DNA of 64,000 nt, taken from Haplodiscus bocki (taxonomy: Eukaryota). The notes under the pieces were generated by a model. That model was given only the letters and a program-made list of their open reading frames with translations, was not told where the DNA came from and searched no databases. Positions 37,834 to 51,373 of the stretch are shown here, in pieces. The DNA is taken from assembly GCA_965655095.1 (NCBI GenBank), contig OZ296650.1, positions 93,434,001 through 93,498,000 of the forward strand. Direction: 5' to 3'. Each line of letters starts with the position of its first letter. Position 1 is the stretch's first letter. The position numbers and the translations under genes are program-made.

Positions 37834-38843
37834 ATGACCGGTTGTGGCGATGAAGATTTGACGCTTAACTTGATTTCCAATGCAACCATGGAAACGTTTC
37901 TCGGAAATAGCTTGTCAAATTTCACAACACTTTTGCCCAGACCTATGATTATTGCCCACAGCGGGAGACTGCCAGGTAGCAATGCAGTAAATTTCTTGGC
38001 CAGCAAGGGTTCGCAATGTAACTGAAGGAAAATTACCGTTCCAAAAACCGTGCCAAGCCCACAAGTGGCACTGCAAGCAACGAGCCATAATATCTCCAGC
38101 AAACGACTACGGATGGTCTCAATGAGATTGCCGCCTCAATTTAGAAAAGAACCAGCATTGGACTTTAGCACACCAGAATTAAGTTACATAAAGATTGTTA
38201 TTCATCCATTGACGACATCATGGATGCGATCATGCAAAATGCTACAAGAAATGACAAGGAAAACCATTTTTCACCAACAATCCAGGAGAGTACGGAAGCA
38301 GCCAACACATCAGGAAAAGTTTCGTGGAAAGTTGAGGGGCGACGCAAGAATTTCACGTATAGTTTTGTGGGAATGTCGAACAACACGGTTTGGTGATCCA
38401 AGCAATTCCACAAGACTTGAAAAATATTTCGGGCGTGACCACAATCATTGACTGCCAAAATGCCGAGCAGCGACAAGACTCAAAGGAGAACATCAACAGC
38501 GGGTTTACGATGATCAACAGCATACCCCAGAGTTAACAGTTGTAGAAACATCTGGGCAGTGGCCTGTTGACGCGAATGCTGGCAGTCACTCAATTTTTTT
38601 GTACTGCGGTCTGGTTCAGAATCTGGTTTGCAGCGATCCACTCCTTTTGAAAACCATTTTTCGATGAAACGAAGAAGAGAGGTAAACAACCGGAGTTTTT
38701 CAAATTTGCAGTGGAAGCCATTATACAAATCACAATTTCAGTCAATCACTTTAACTCTGGCCAACGAAATGGGCCAACAGATGCCCTTTCTGAGTTGTGG
38801 TCGCACAAGCAATACTTTGGCACTCAGGCCCAAATCACACTGA
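37834..38843 (+). pseudogene. Polinton minor capsid protein (penton-like)
   Basis: N-terminal LISNATMETFLGNSLSNFTTLLP...QVA..ISWP and C-terminal LQWKPLYKSQFQSITLTLANEMGQQMPF...TLALRP fit the Polinton penton pattern; frameshifted. Confidence 0.78.
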
Positions 38844-39052
38844 GCCGAGGAAGATCGGCGGAGTGGCAAGCCAAGGGTGCAGGAACACTACCGATACAAA
38901 GGTTGCATCTCCTATCCCCTTTTTTAACGAAAAGCTTCGGAACAAAACAGTTGTTCGAGAAGGTTTCACTTCCAAGAACAAAAAAGCTCCTCGTCAACAT
39001 CATCATCACCACTGTCTATAAGACTTTCAATGCTGCTCAGTCTCAAAGACAA

Positions 39053-39608
39053 ATGGATGCTCATTAGGATTCCCAAATGGAAACCAATAAGCTAAGGAAA
39101 ACTCAACAAAACGCAGCATTCTGTGGCCCGGCGCGGCAAATGGGAGCCGGTGCTGGTGACATGGGAGCGTTTGCAATGCGAATGGGAAGAGTGGCCATTC
39201 CAATTGTGCGTAAATATATCCTACCGGTGGCTAAACAGGTTGGAAAAAACTTGTTGGAGGCCGCCATACCTGAATTCGGTCAAATTTTGGCTGACAGAAA
39301 GAGACCCAGTGGAAGAAGGCCGAAACATGTTGCAGAGACCACAGCGGAAAAGTCACCAGACGTCTGCGACGCGGCTGACCGCCGGGCGGGCGGCGACTCT
39401 AGGCTCCCGGGCGGCGCGCGGTATGGCGTTCGTGGCTGAACCGCGGTTTACCCGTACAACAAATCGCAAGGGGCGCAAAAAGGTTTCTCCAGCAGCTTTA
39501 TCATTATCCTCCTCATCTTTGCTGTCCAAAACGCCAAAAACACTTTACAAACGAAATCCTACAAACAGAAGTCGGTTGGATATTTTGTCTGAAATTCAAT
39601 TTAGTTAA
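39053..39608 (+). pseudogene. Polinton virion core / membrane-active protein with adenain-type Gly-rich cleavage site
   Basis: GPARQMGAGAG then the amphipathic helix FAMRMGRVAIPIVRKYILPVAKQVGKNLL and a basic tail ending RSRLDIL; directly upstream of the major capsid gene. Confidence 0.7.
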
Positions 39609-39690
39609 AACAATAACAACAAAAAGGAGGAGCACAGCAAGTAGTTTTGCTTCAGCAGCACTATCGTTACCCACATTCTTTGGTAGGGCA

Positions 39691-41001
39691 ATGGAAATTG
39701 CGAGCACAGTCACTCATAGTGCGTTGGACCTTTTCGAGAAACCAAACGTATTGATCAATTATGAAGGTTCCTACAATCAAGAAGTGTTTCCTCAAGTAGG
39801 ATGTGGAGGAACCCAGTAGGACTTTTTTGTTACAGCCGAGGCAAAAAACTTGATTGATTTGAATCGTATTAATTTGGGTGTGAAAATTGGTGTAAATACG
39901 GAAGATGGCAAAACTCGCACCAAAGTGAATGAGCAGTCCATTGTTCTTTCAAACAATACGCTCCGCACTTTGTTCTCACACCTTGAATTGTGTTTGAACG
40001 GTAAGCTCATTTCCCATAGCAACAACTGCTACTTAGATGGGGCTTTCACTGAAACTGAACCGACGGTTGACGCAAATGAAAAAAACCTGGGCAAAGTGTC
40101 AGAGATTAGATTACTTGCCAAAAACAAAAGAGCATGGTCAAGCCTCCAATAAACTTTATGCCCACTTTCATCGCAGAAAATAATGTACGGCAGAGCTTTA
40201 TGGTGCATTACTTGTTGATTTTTTTGACTGTGAAAAACGTTTGGTACCTGGAGTCACCCTTCAATTGCGTCTTTTCCGATCGCTCAACAATATACTGCTT
40301 TTCATGAAAAGAACGGATGAGGAAGCGAAAGCGCGAGATGGCAATGTACAAGCGGTCATTAAGAAAGCGTCACTAATCGTCAGAAAAGTGGTGGTCACGG
40401 ACAGTGTGAAATTGTCTATCGAAAAAGCACCGACGAAAAGTCCCGCCATTTATCCTTATATTGAAAGCCTCAGCAAAAGTTTCCTAGTTCAAGCTGGAGA
40501 AAATTGTTTCGGGAAAGAAAATTTTTTGGAACGCAGCCCATCTACCGATTAACTTTCTATATGGTCAAAAATTCGGTTTTTCGCAGAACACCCCTGAACC
40601 ATTCACCTTCCTCTTATCAACAATTCTGTGTACAGCGTGTAGAAATTCAACGTGGCATTGGACTGCCACTGGCTGGGCCTCCGTTGGACACGAGCAACAA
40701 TGTCCATGTGTATTAGAATACAATATTAGATCTTGGGTTCGCCAAATGTGGAAACGGGATGAAATTGGAGGATTTTGACGAAAATCATTTTTTCGTGGTT
40801 TCTGACTTGACTTCCGCGGAGGAAGCTAGCAAAAGCCTGACATTATTTCCTGAGCTCACCGGTTCAAGTAAAAACTTAAAATTGTACTTCCTTGAAGCTC
40901 TTGACGATGCAGTTGAATTATTTTCCATTGGTGAACGGTTCAGTCAAGTATTCATAGACTCTGCCCGCAACATTTCCAAAAACAAATTGCTTGATGGATA
41001 A
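39691..41001 (+). pseudogene. Polinton major capsid protein (double jelly-roll, hexon-like)
   Basis: HSALDLFEKP...LIDLNRINL.VK...NNTLRTLFSHLELCLNGKLISHSNNCY...LVPGVTLQLRLFRS...VFIDSARN; stops and frameshifts. Confidence 0.88.
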
Positions 41002-41530
41002 CGTCTCTCTCTCAAAAACTGGCGATAAACTGTGCCACGACTTCCCATATTTTTGCAGGCATTTGGTCTGCTAAAAATTTTCCAAAATGCAAAGTGCCCA
41101 AGGAAAAGAAATCAGCCGGTCAAAATAGGACAATGTTGTCAGTTGACATTTGCAACTCATTAAAGTTTCCGGTTTATGAACTCTTCTCGAGGTAACAAAA
41201 TTGGCGAGCACTGGCTTTTACTCTGCGTTATAAACAACGGGAATGGAGTTGGAGTTTTTGTATGGGATTGCCTCGGCAGATCCCAGTCCTATTATGATCG
41301 ATTTCACAGCAAACTGTGGATGCTCTATGGAAAAAGTGGAGGGGCTCAAAACAATCACCATACCTTTAAAGAAACTCCATTCTAACCTCTGTGGACTTTA
41401 TTGCTTGTACTTGGTTCCCTGCTTGGTCAAAATCCTTTCGACGTCTCCAAACTGCAAAAAAATCATTTGGTAATGCAAATCACTGAACTTGATGTAGTAC
41501 GTTTCTTTAACGAATATGTTAACGATGCTT
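40994..41530 (+). pseudogene. Polinton adenain-type cysteine protease
   Basis: NSS...GEHWLLL (His), FVWDCLG (Asp), SNLCGLYCLY (Cys); ATG overlaps the capsid stop; frameshifted. Confidence 0.9.
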
Positions 41531-42281
41531 AATTTGAAAATAGAGTCTTTTGATATTTTTGATTCAATTAAAAAATTTATGTTTGATGATTCTGGTTTTA
41601 TTGGTAGTTCAAGAAAATTTAGATCAGAGTGCTGCGACAATATCACGGTCATCAGTAATGTGAGCTCTTTTCCTTTTCCTGTAACCTTGGTTTCCACAAA
41701 ACACACTTTAAGTGTCTTCTTCCGCTTCCGAATCATTTAAAAGACAAGCATTGCTAGGACCAGGAAAGTCTGTATCATCTTCAACTGCGTTTAGCGACAA
41801 ATGATCCCATTCAACAACGTCTGACAGCTGCTCATCCAATAAAAGAGGCTGGTTGAGACCAGGATCAGGGAAAGCTGAAAAGATGTTCATCATTTTAGAA
41901 AAAACCATTAACTCACAAACAGAACAATTTGCTTCAAAGGCTCAGTCTATCAGCTAGAATTTTGACACTTTGATAAAATTCAGTAACAGCAGTCTGAAAA
42001 TAAATTAGTAAATTAACTCACAAGATGAAGAGGGCAATGCCTTGAGCGCAGTGTAAAGGAAACCATCGGGCTCTGTTGAATCGTTATCAATAGATGAGTC
42101 AGATTCAACATCATACGGTGATGCCAACAAAGAGGAAACTGGAAGCCGAAGCAGTTGACAAATCACTTCCAGTCGTCGAGGAGGAGTCATTGTCGTCAGA
42201 ATTTATTTTTGATGATAACAAAAAGAAAACATTTTAATTGAAAATTCTCCTAGTCAAACTTTTAGTAGCACCCGAGAAAAA

Positions 42282-45200
42282 TTAACAGACCTCTCTCTGT
42301 TGGTCTCTTGTTTCAAGAAAAGTTGCTCCAATTTCGTAATGTCCATTAGCAAGAGATGAAACGCCATTTTTTAGGAGAAAACGTTTGTCGTCGAACGAAC
42401 TCAAAGCAACTTTATCAATTTCATTCGCTACTATTTGGTGGCAGTGCGAACGCAACTGTGTCATTGTCTTCAAAATTTTTTCTTTTGGGAGTAGACTCCG
42501 TCGAATTAAATCGTGGTTCAAGCTTTTCTTCACTATTTTTTGTACTCGCTTGGCGCTTTGTTTCCTTCGACCAACATAGTCAATACTATACAGTTTCGAG
42601 CGGAGACAAACAACTTCACGCAGAATTTTTCCTTGCAGCTTGTCGGTCATTGTCAAGGGAACTTTTTTGTTACTTGGATAGTACAAATAGTGGTCTTTTG
42701 GATAGTCGGAGATGTCCCGTAAATGCTTAAAATAGGTCATGTTTTTGTAGAGATCCTTAGTTTGTGTTTGATATAAGAGATATTCTGTGTCTTTGTAGGC
42801 AACTTTCAGGTGATCTGACGACTATCGAGGTACGATTTCCCCGTAATTAAGTTTGTAAAGTGATAACTTGGAGAAATCAGGAATAGAAGCGCCTACAGGA
42901 GTTGGCTTGGTCCAAACAACAGAAGAGTTTTTGAAAAACACTGAAATCGAATCTTGCTTGATAATTTGAAAGGACTTGATGGTTGCCCGCTGAGTGAAGG
43001 TTTCTGCTGGCTGAAGATTGGACACAAATTTTATCTTCGACCGCTTTCTTAATTTTTCCATTGTTTTGCCAAAACATGCATTGCTCATGAGCTTGTAGAA
43101 TTTTTTTCAAAATCGCTGACAGCCTGCTTGCGCATAACAGTGTTCTTTCCCATATAGAGGCCCAACCATTTTGCTCTGTTCGAATTCGCATACTCGGTGC
43201 AATTTTTCCACAACGAAGTTATGGCTAACGTAGAACTTCATGTTTCCGTAAGTACACACATAAAATTTTTTGTCGAAGAGTGTTTCCACCAGTTTTGGTG
43301 TCTTATTGGACTTCAATCGAAAACTTTTGGCGAACAGAGAAAACTATAAGGACGGTGTAGAAAACTTCTCCGGGGCAAGTGGAAGACCATTGTGGCTATC
43401 GTGCAGATGCGGAGGATAATTGAGATCCATCTCAACAAAGTAAACAACATTTGAACCTTCGGGAGTTCCCAAAACTTGATCGGGATTAATCACAGAATTC
43501 CTTTTGTAATTTCCCAAAAGCATCATTTTTTGCATTGTACCGGCATATAGGAACGTTACATCGAAGAAAACTCCGAATGTTGTCTTTCAGTTCGCACCAA
43601 AATGTTCAAATTAGGGTTGTAAGCAGTAGAATGCCGCAACTCACCTACTCCATTTTTTCCACCCCGGATACTGTGTTCAAAAAACAACAACATATCAACG
43701 TCCAGCAGAGGTCCCAATTTCACATTAATTGAAATGAGCAGAGACTTCCAACTCAAATTGGGAGCTGAGTAGAAATGAGACAGACCGGGTGTGTAAACTT
43801 TCAGGCGTACGTTTCTGAACTTTTCAAACATTTCTGCAGGTCGAAACACATCAGTTATTAAATAGATGTTGTGGTAGTCTCCCAAATTCCTGCAGCCAAA
43901 CATTTGGTAAATATTCAATGCATGTTGGTAGTCAGAGGGAGTAAAGTCAATTGCGCCAGTGAGAAGAGTCACCATAAGTGGGAAGCGGTTCTTTGAATTT
44001 TTCAAAACTGTCGACAAAGCTGCATGGAAGAAACCTTTCTGTATCAATTTGACAAACAATTGACCAGGAGTGTTGGAAAAAAAACTGCTTGAGTATGGAA
44101 AAATTTTTTGCCTTGGATGTCTCCGCAAGATTTTCCGAGCTTTGAGAGACAAATTGATAGCTGTCCAGGAAACGAAGGGATTCATGCAAATTCACGAGTT
44201 GCCCACTTTGCTTTTTATGAAAGCACACAACTATTTTGATGCTGAAAAAAAAGTTTAATCTGTTTTTGCAACGGCAGAGAGCTTTTCATTAGCTTTCAGT
44301 TTCAGCTGTTTCAATATATGGTGAGCATCGTATCTCGATAAACTATGGAAGAAGACTGGTAGAAAATTTTTAGTTCTAGCCCTTAAGTTACAATTATAAA
44401 GAGCAACCCGGAATATGGTCCCAGAAAGACGGCAGTGTCTAAAATTCCCTGCCGGGGTTTCCACACCCTTCCCACAAATGCAGCACAGTACATTTGTCAC
44501 ATTGAGCAACTGCTCTTGCTGCTGCGTTGATATTCTCAAACGTCTAAACAATTGCCTTTCATTATAACACCAGAAAAGCCAATCACGCAACGTATCCAAC
44601 AGTTTTTTTGATGCAATCTCCTCCCCTGTAGAAGTTCTGTTTGGCGTTTCCATTTGCCGAAATAGAAACACAAAAATCACATCCCATATACTTTTCCATC
44701 ACCTTGAACGAACGAATGAAAACATTATTTTGGGATGTAGAATTAGAAAAGCCACTAACTTCCAGAAACAACAAACATTGCCCCACAGCTAGCTGCGTAT
44801 TGTCTTTCAGTTCCTCTAGTCCGAAGATTGGCTTGGGATAAACTTTTTGTTCCCACATTGATTGCTTCCAGATCAGCATACACAACTAACGGGCACTTTT
44901 GAGTCTTCTCCCAACTCACAAACTCAAGTGTGCGTGACTCGAGAGGCATTCGAATCTCAAGTGGGGCATTGTTTTTGCAGAAAGATACATGCTTTTTGAT
45001 TTTTTTTCGACAATGGGTTAGAAACAATTTCGGCAGAAGCGTGAATTTGGTCCATTCTTTTGTTTAGATTTAGATCGGGTTAGAAAGTCAAGCAGGTTCG
45101 AAAACTTTTCATTGAGACAATAATGAGTTTTTGTTTTCCCGGAGGCAGTGGAGATCAATTTTGTACCTGCCTTTTCGGCTTTTGCTGTGATACACTGACA

Positions 45201-45931
45201 CTAACTTGGTATTCCCCAATTGAGAGATATTAGTAGAAGAACGATTACGTTTTTCGAACGAGGGAATAGCGGATAAAGGCATTGCCATGAGCTGTGGGTT
45301 GAAAAACAGCTCCTCGATGTTTTTTTGTGGCTGTTAGGACGAAAAGGCTTGCCAGTAAAAGAGAACAGGGCTGCCGCTATACAATGCAAGAAGCGAAAAT
45401 TGTCTCTCTTGTTGACAATGTTCAGAAGGGAGCGCTTTATTGGTTACAGCAGAGCAGAAGTTTCAATATATGAGCTACCAGTAACGTTATTGCAACAAAC
45501 TGTTTTGATTTCTAATCGGCTCAACGTTTTCTTTACCCAACCAGAGCCACCCGTTGCGAAAACATTCAACTGTGTCATCAGAGCATGCATATGTTGCATA
45601 TATTCATTGTCACTGATTTGACAAACAAATTTCACATTGTTGAATTGAAAAAAGCTTCCACGGTTTCATTTTCCAAGGGTTTTTCGAGCTTCACACAAAT
45701 ATTGAGGCCCAATTTCAGGTTGTGCATAGGTTTCAACAAATAATCCACGAAACGAATATTACTTCCTTTTCGAGAAACCAGGTGGTTAAGGGGTTCCAGA
45801 ACTCCGCAGCCTTCTAATTTTAGCCGATGGATTTGAAATTTAGAATTCACCGCTTCAGTTGAGAAGTCAATCAGATCACAGGCATTATTGAAGCTCACTG
45901 AAGTAGATGATGTATAAGCTTTGGCTGGCAA
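42282..45931 (-). pseudogene. Protein-primed family B DNA polymerase of the Polinton
   Basis: GSGW N-terminal region, VYADLE (ExoI), HCRLSG...CNL, VFFHSLSRYD (ExoII), FLDSYQF, YLITDV (ExoIII), SIRGG, KLMSNACFGKTME (motif B), decayed YxDTD, LSSFDDKRF C-terminus; many frameshifts. Confidence 0.94.
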
Positions 45932-45989
45932 TGGAAATTTGGGTTTGAATATTTAGTAAACGATATACAAAATGGTATGTCAAAATTGA

Positions 45990-46110
45990 TATTCAGTGTA
46001 CTTTACCAACAAAATTGAATTTCGGTTGATTTTGTACTTTGACCTAGAAAACTTTCGGCTGGGGAGTGAAAAATGCTATTTAACCCCCCCCCCCCCCTCT
46101 CCTTACTGCT
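45990..46110 (-). repeat. Polinton right TIR
   Basis: Reverse complement agcagtaagg..ggggg..tttttcactccccagccgaaagttttcta..aagtaca..caaccgaaattcaattttgttg matches the left TIR. Confidence 0.88.
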
Positions 46111-47350
46111 AACAACTTTTGTTCTGACTATAACAATGGCACTTTTGTGGCCTCCTCTCAATTTGAGAGAAGTAAAATTCTATTATTCTATTACGTTCAA
46201 GCAGGTCTTAACCAAAAGGTTTATGAAAACCAGTCGCAATTAACATTTGTCAATCTGAGATAAGTTTTGCCGAAAGCAGATGAAGTAGCCAATCATGCAT
46301 CATTTGCAGTCTGAGGCTTAGTATCTTTAATTTGCGTAAACTTGTCTATTACGTATTGTTCACTTCCTCAATCTTGAGCCGGAAGAGCAGCAACTGCAAT
46401 TTCCAAACCACTCAAAATGCAATATGCTAATAATTAAAATGATTTTTGGCTAACTTTGTCCTTTGTTAGCTTTTACTTTGTGATAGTTGAAACAGACGCA
46501 ACTTTCGCCTTCATAATATTAAAACTTGATTCATGTATTTCCAGATTCAAGCTTTTTTCTCTCGTTGTGAAAAATGTAAATAATTATCCTTGCTTTCGAA
46601 CTCAAGCCTGAGGCGATCTTTGAAGTGTAGAAAGGCAACAGTTGCAAAATTGAAATAGGAAACTAATTATAAGTCTTAGCTTTTGGTACTTGCTACTACT
46701 TCACCCAACGCCACTACACTTCAGACCAATTGTAGCCGTGTTGTCATCGATGCTCAATCCTTCGAAAATTTGGAAAACACTAACGGATGAGCAGTTGCGA
46801 TCATCGAAAATTACTAGATGCCTCTCTATTTTTTTTATGTGCAGAGCCTTTTCTGTGTAAGATGTAACTTTTCAGATAATTTTTGTGTGAGCGTTTCAAC
46901 TGAGTTTATAAACAGTTGAAATCAAATTGGTTCACCTTCTAACAAACCGATGTTCAACCAATGGTTAAGCCACACATTTAACTGGACATCACTGCTGACA
47001 TTGCATTCAACCTTTGAATGCTTGATGTCGGAAAAAAAACGCAGTAAAAGTGCGCTTTTTTTCAAACTTGGAAATTGTGATTGTTCTTCCCTCCAAAATT
47101 GATTTCACTCAAAGTGTTACTTTTCAAGTTGAGACACATGTGAACAATGAATGCTCCCCGGGAAAGCAGCACCTCAATCAATGTAACTTCCCTCACTGCA
47201 AAAGTGCATTTTTATGAGATGTCCAACTGCCCTTCTTTTAATGTTGGATATTATAGAAAAAATGCAGGAAATATTTTGGGCACGCTTGCGCATTAACTGA
47301 TTGCTTCCATCGAACTGATATTTCAGCGTTCAAGATTTTTTTGGCAAAAT

Positions 47351-47754
47351 GCTGTCAGGAGGACCTTTCACCGCAGGACATTTAACCCCGGTAAATTTCA
47401 CTCCGATTTGAAAAGCAGCTTTAATTGACGTTTATATTAACATGCATGGTGAGCAATTGGATACGATCGAGAGTACCATAAAAAGAATCAGGTGTAAATA
47501 GCAAAAATTACGTGCGAAGGCCCTAAAATGAGGTGTTAATTGCAATATTAGCTTGCTAATTCAGTAAATTGAGTGCTAATTATAAGCTAACGATAAGGTG
47601 CAGAAAAAGAATTGAGAAACAGGTCTAATTAGCATGATCAGATGCTTTCAAAGATGGGGTGAAATATCCTGGGGTGAAGAGTCTTCGGGGTTATATGTCT
47701 TTGGGGTTAAATATCCTGGAGTAAAATGTCTGTGGGGTGAAATGTCCTGAAACC
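47351..47754. mobile_element. MULE-type MITE, 404 bp
   Basis: Ends GCTGTCAGG.../...CCTGAAACC with ~15-bp subterminal repeats (ggggtgaaatgtcc); TSD GGCAAAAT at 47343-47350 and 47755-47762; terminus resembles the element at 24744. Confidence 0.8.
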
Positions 47755-48805
47755 GGCAAAATACCATATTCGAGTTGTGAAGTAGCGTAGCCTTGACAGT
47801 GTCGAGAACATCAATTTGTTTCCAAGAAAGGTAAACTGAAGATGCAGCCATATCACTTCACTGTTATTGTAATGCCACTTTCAAATTCGGACTCTTAATT
47901 TAGTTGCAACAAAGAGCAGCAACGATTCCGGCAAAGGTTTGAGCAATGTGAAAAAAAAACGGAAGAAGAGTCTAAAAGAATATATTCCAACTGAGATTAA
48001 CTTAAAATATAAAAATGACTTGGAGGGGGCGGCGGCCGTGACGGAACTGCTTGAGACGAAAGAGACGACTTGAGATGACATGCTCATCATCTTTTCACAT
48101 ATACACACAATAATAAACACAGACATGCATATTACAAAACTGAGGATGAAGAAGAAAAGCCGAGAGAGGAGAGCCAGAATGGAGGAGGAACAGCAGGGTC
48201 AATTCCACTTCGCTGGGTCAACATTTCCGAGTGGAACGGGCGCATCACGTAATTGAGGACAAAAAAGTGCCCGTACACGCTCAGGCAATCAAAAGCAGCA
48301 AGTCCAGTCAACCGGCCAGCCAACGTTCTACTTTTGTTTGAAAAATTTTGTCAGTTGAAATTACAAACATCGAATATTTACGGAAAATAACAAATTACAG
48401 GATATGAAAATGAAAAGTCTCAAAACATATCTGCCGTAAGCTTTCCAAAACCACCGCGTTTCCCTAACAATGCATGATCTTGTTTGAATGCACAACCATA
48501 ATACAACAAATCATATTGCATGGCAGGACATCTCTTTCTCGAATAACAAACTTTTTTTAAAGAAAGCAATTATCCCTACAAAACTGATTTTCATCTGAAC
48601 TTTCTTTCAACTATCGAATGTTTTGAAAACTTCAAAATTTGCTAACAGCAAATGGCAGAAATTTGATATTATGGCATAACAGCATTTTTCTTCATGGAAA
48701 CACAGTGCAGTCGGCAAATCAGAAAAACACTGAATTGTAACAAGCAGCCCCTCAATCAAGTCTACTCTTGTTGTGGACTGCGAAAACTTCATATATTGCC
48801 CATTT

Positions 48806-49049
48806 TCACTTGTCAAATGGCTTTTTTCTCCTATTGTTAAAATATTGCGGCGGCGCATTCTGATTATTTGATCTGGTGTTCGAAGAAATGGAGTTGGATG
48901 AGTTTGAGTTGTGGGATGAGGCGGCGCCCGTTCCTCCCCCTGCTGTTGTGTGAGGGTAATTAGTGGCTGCTGCAGCTGCTGTTGCAGAAGTTGTTATATG
49001 AGCAGACGGCGAGCTCGTTGAGTTTGCGGTAGTGGATGTTTCATTCGAG
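48806..49049 (-). CDS. Last coding exon of a SUZ-domain gene (Ser/Thr/Asn-rich tail)
   Basis: Strong acceptor ttctttttttccag| at 49050; the phase 2 frame is open to TGA (SNETSTT...NRRKKPFDK*) and matches the phase of the SUZ exon donor. Confidence 0.7.
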
Positions 49050-51373
49050 CTGGAAAAAAAGAACAGCATATTCCACGATCTTCAAGCTAGACTCAATGAA
49101 TTCAAAATCTATGAACCTTTCAAAATTCCCGAAGGTAGGTTTCCCTTGTGGTAGGTGCTCGCTTTTCTGTTGTTTTATCTATACGTACCTGATAAACACA
49201 TAGCAATCTGAAACCAAATTATTATTAATAATGAGTGACTAGCTTACATCACTGAGAATTCTCTATACAAACTTGCGGATAATTGCTAAACTAGTAAAGG
49301 GCAATCCATAAAAGTTGGTGCAGAAAACAGTCATAAAATTGGATCATACTAATGGTTTATTTCGAAGATTTTTTTCACATTTCACTCGCTACAAATTCTG
49401 TTGTTTTTTCAACCCATTGCAAAAACTTTATGACAATGACTATATTAGAAGAGTTTTATCATCCCGGAAAGCTGAAGTTTCCGACCATCAAGTCGTCAAG
49501 GATATTTACATAGAAACTTTCAAAAAAAGATTGACGGTTCAAAAATTTATTTTAGAACGCTTACGCTATGAATACTCTTGATGTGAAGAGAAAGCATGAT
49601 GGCTACCCATGTAGGTCTATCAGGTTCAATATAGAGGGCCTATTTGGAAGTGTGCATATTCCTCCCTGAAAAATGGTCGATTCAAATCACAATCAAGTAC
49701 GAAGTTCACCGTTACGAACAGAGATTTTTTAATCTCTCCTTATCTCCACGTTCTCTTGACTCGGTCACATTGAAAAGATTGGGCAGTCAATTTCCTATTG
49801 CATTCGCATGCATTTGAACTTGTATCATTCATATGTATCTGAACTCTTATTGATACCAGTGGCATTCAAATGACCCGCATTTCTTCAATACCATTCGTAT
49901 CTAGACCACGCTAGTTGAATTACAAACATCGGCCTCTTTTCAGAGAAATAAAGTAAGACACTTCACAAAAATTGAATGACGTGATTTTCTCTGGAAAAAT
50001 GCCGACTTTTGTCGAAGCGTCAGAAACTTGAGAGAGGGAGTGTAAACTTCAGGAAAATGTTCTGAGACAGAGTCAAACGGACAATAACAGGTGACCCAAA
50101 ACATACACACCACGATCTCTCGGCATAAAGCGCTCACTAATTATCATACTAAACATACTGTATTAGTAAGCCAATTTCATTTAAAGGTGAAAATTTCAAA
50201 ATGACGAAAATATCATAATAAAAGTTAGGAGTTAATTAGCAGCCACTCGAATGAACGGTGGCGACGCAGAATTACCCGCATTGAGTAGATTTTAAATGCC
50301 CATGTTCCTTCCCGTTTCCCTAAACAATGCGTTTATAATGTATTCGCAAGGGAGAAAACGAGAAGTTACCAATCACCAATCAGAATTGATTTTTTTTTCA
50401 CAGGAGTTGCCTGTTTGAAATCGAATTATTTAGAGTCGAAAGTGGTGAAATTTATTTAGAATCAAAAAATCTTATCATTGAAAAATGAATATTGAATAGA
50501 AAGTTGTAAAAAATTTTTCGAGATCGAAAAGCGTGTTATTAATTGCCTAATACCAGTGTTAATTAGCTCCAATTATAATTCCAATAAGGTAATTAGTTTG
50601 ACGGAAACTCATGAATAACCTGTTACAATAGTTTTTCTGCACTTTTGAGTATCCTACAATTGTTGTTGTTTGAAGATTAGTGAAAAAGAACTAACGATAT
50701 TTCAGAATGCAAATTTCCGTTACTTTTCTCTGCAAAAACTAATAAAATTGAAATTTTCAGTTTTTTTGGAACCGTTACCACCTTATATGCTTTCTACAGC
50801 AACTTTGCTACCTTTTCCCAACTTGCTTTTTTCCAAGTTTGCCATTGAAAAACCTATTTTGAACGTAGTAAACGTATTTAAGAAATGCTACAATTTCACC
50901 CGCATTCTGCGACAATCTTGCAATAATTCGGTGATGAAGTTTCGTCCAATTCTGTAGAATTTTGCCACACATTGTGCAATTGGTCCGTTTACGTAAAAAA
51001 ATTCTCGCGGCGAGTGGACGTACATCCTTCCATAATTACACGGGCGGAAAATAAAAACCGCAATTTGTATGAAGATCGGTAGTACAAATATTAATGTAAA
51101 AAATCTCGAATCACGAGTAAAATTTTTGTTTATAGCCCCCTCCAATCCTTGTGACAAGAAAATTTTTCAACAGCTCCTCTCTCAATATAAAAGGAAATTT
51201 CAGTTCCACTGAAAACTCCTTTATATATTATTAATTTTTATGCGCATTCCAGGTCAATTTCGCTAACACAGACAATTTTTGCTAAGAGTGGTTTTTCGAA
51301 GTTAAAACGGATGCTTTTGTGTGATGCTACATCACCTTAATAAATCGTTTATTTGCTATCCATAAATTTACAC

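Larger units (their letters stand above)
32347..46110. mobile_element. Polinton/Maverick (adintovirus-like endogenous DNA virus), full length 13,764 bp, pseudogenised
   Basis: Diverged ~125-bp TIRs starting AGTAGTAAGG and ending CCTTACTGCT; 6-bp TSD AACAAA/AACAAC; ATPase, integrase, two capsid genes and protease on +, pPolB on -. Confidence 0.95.
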
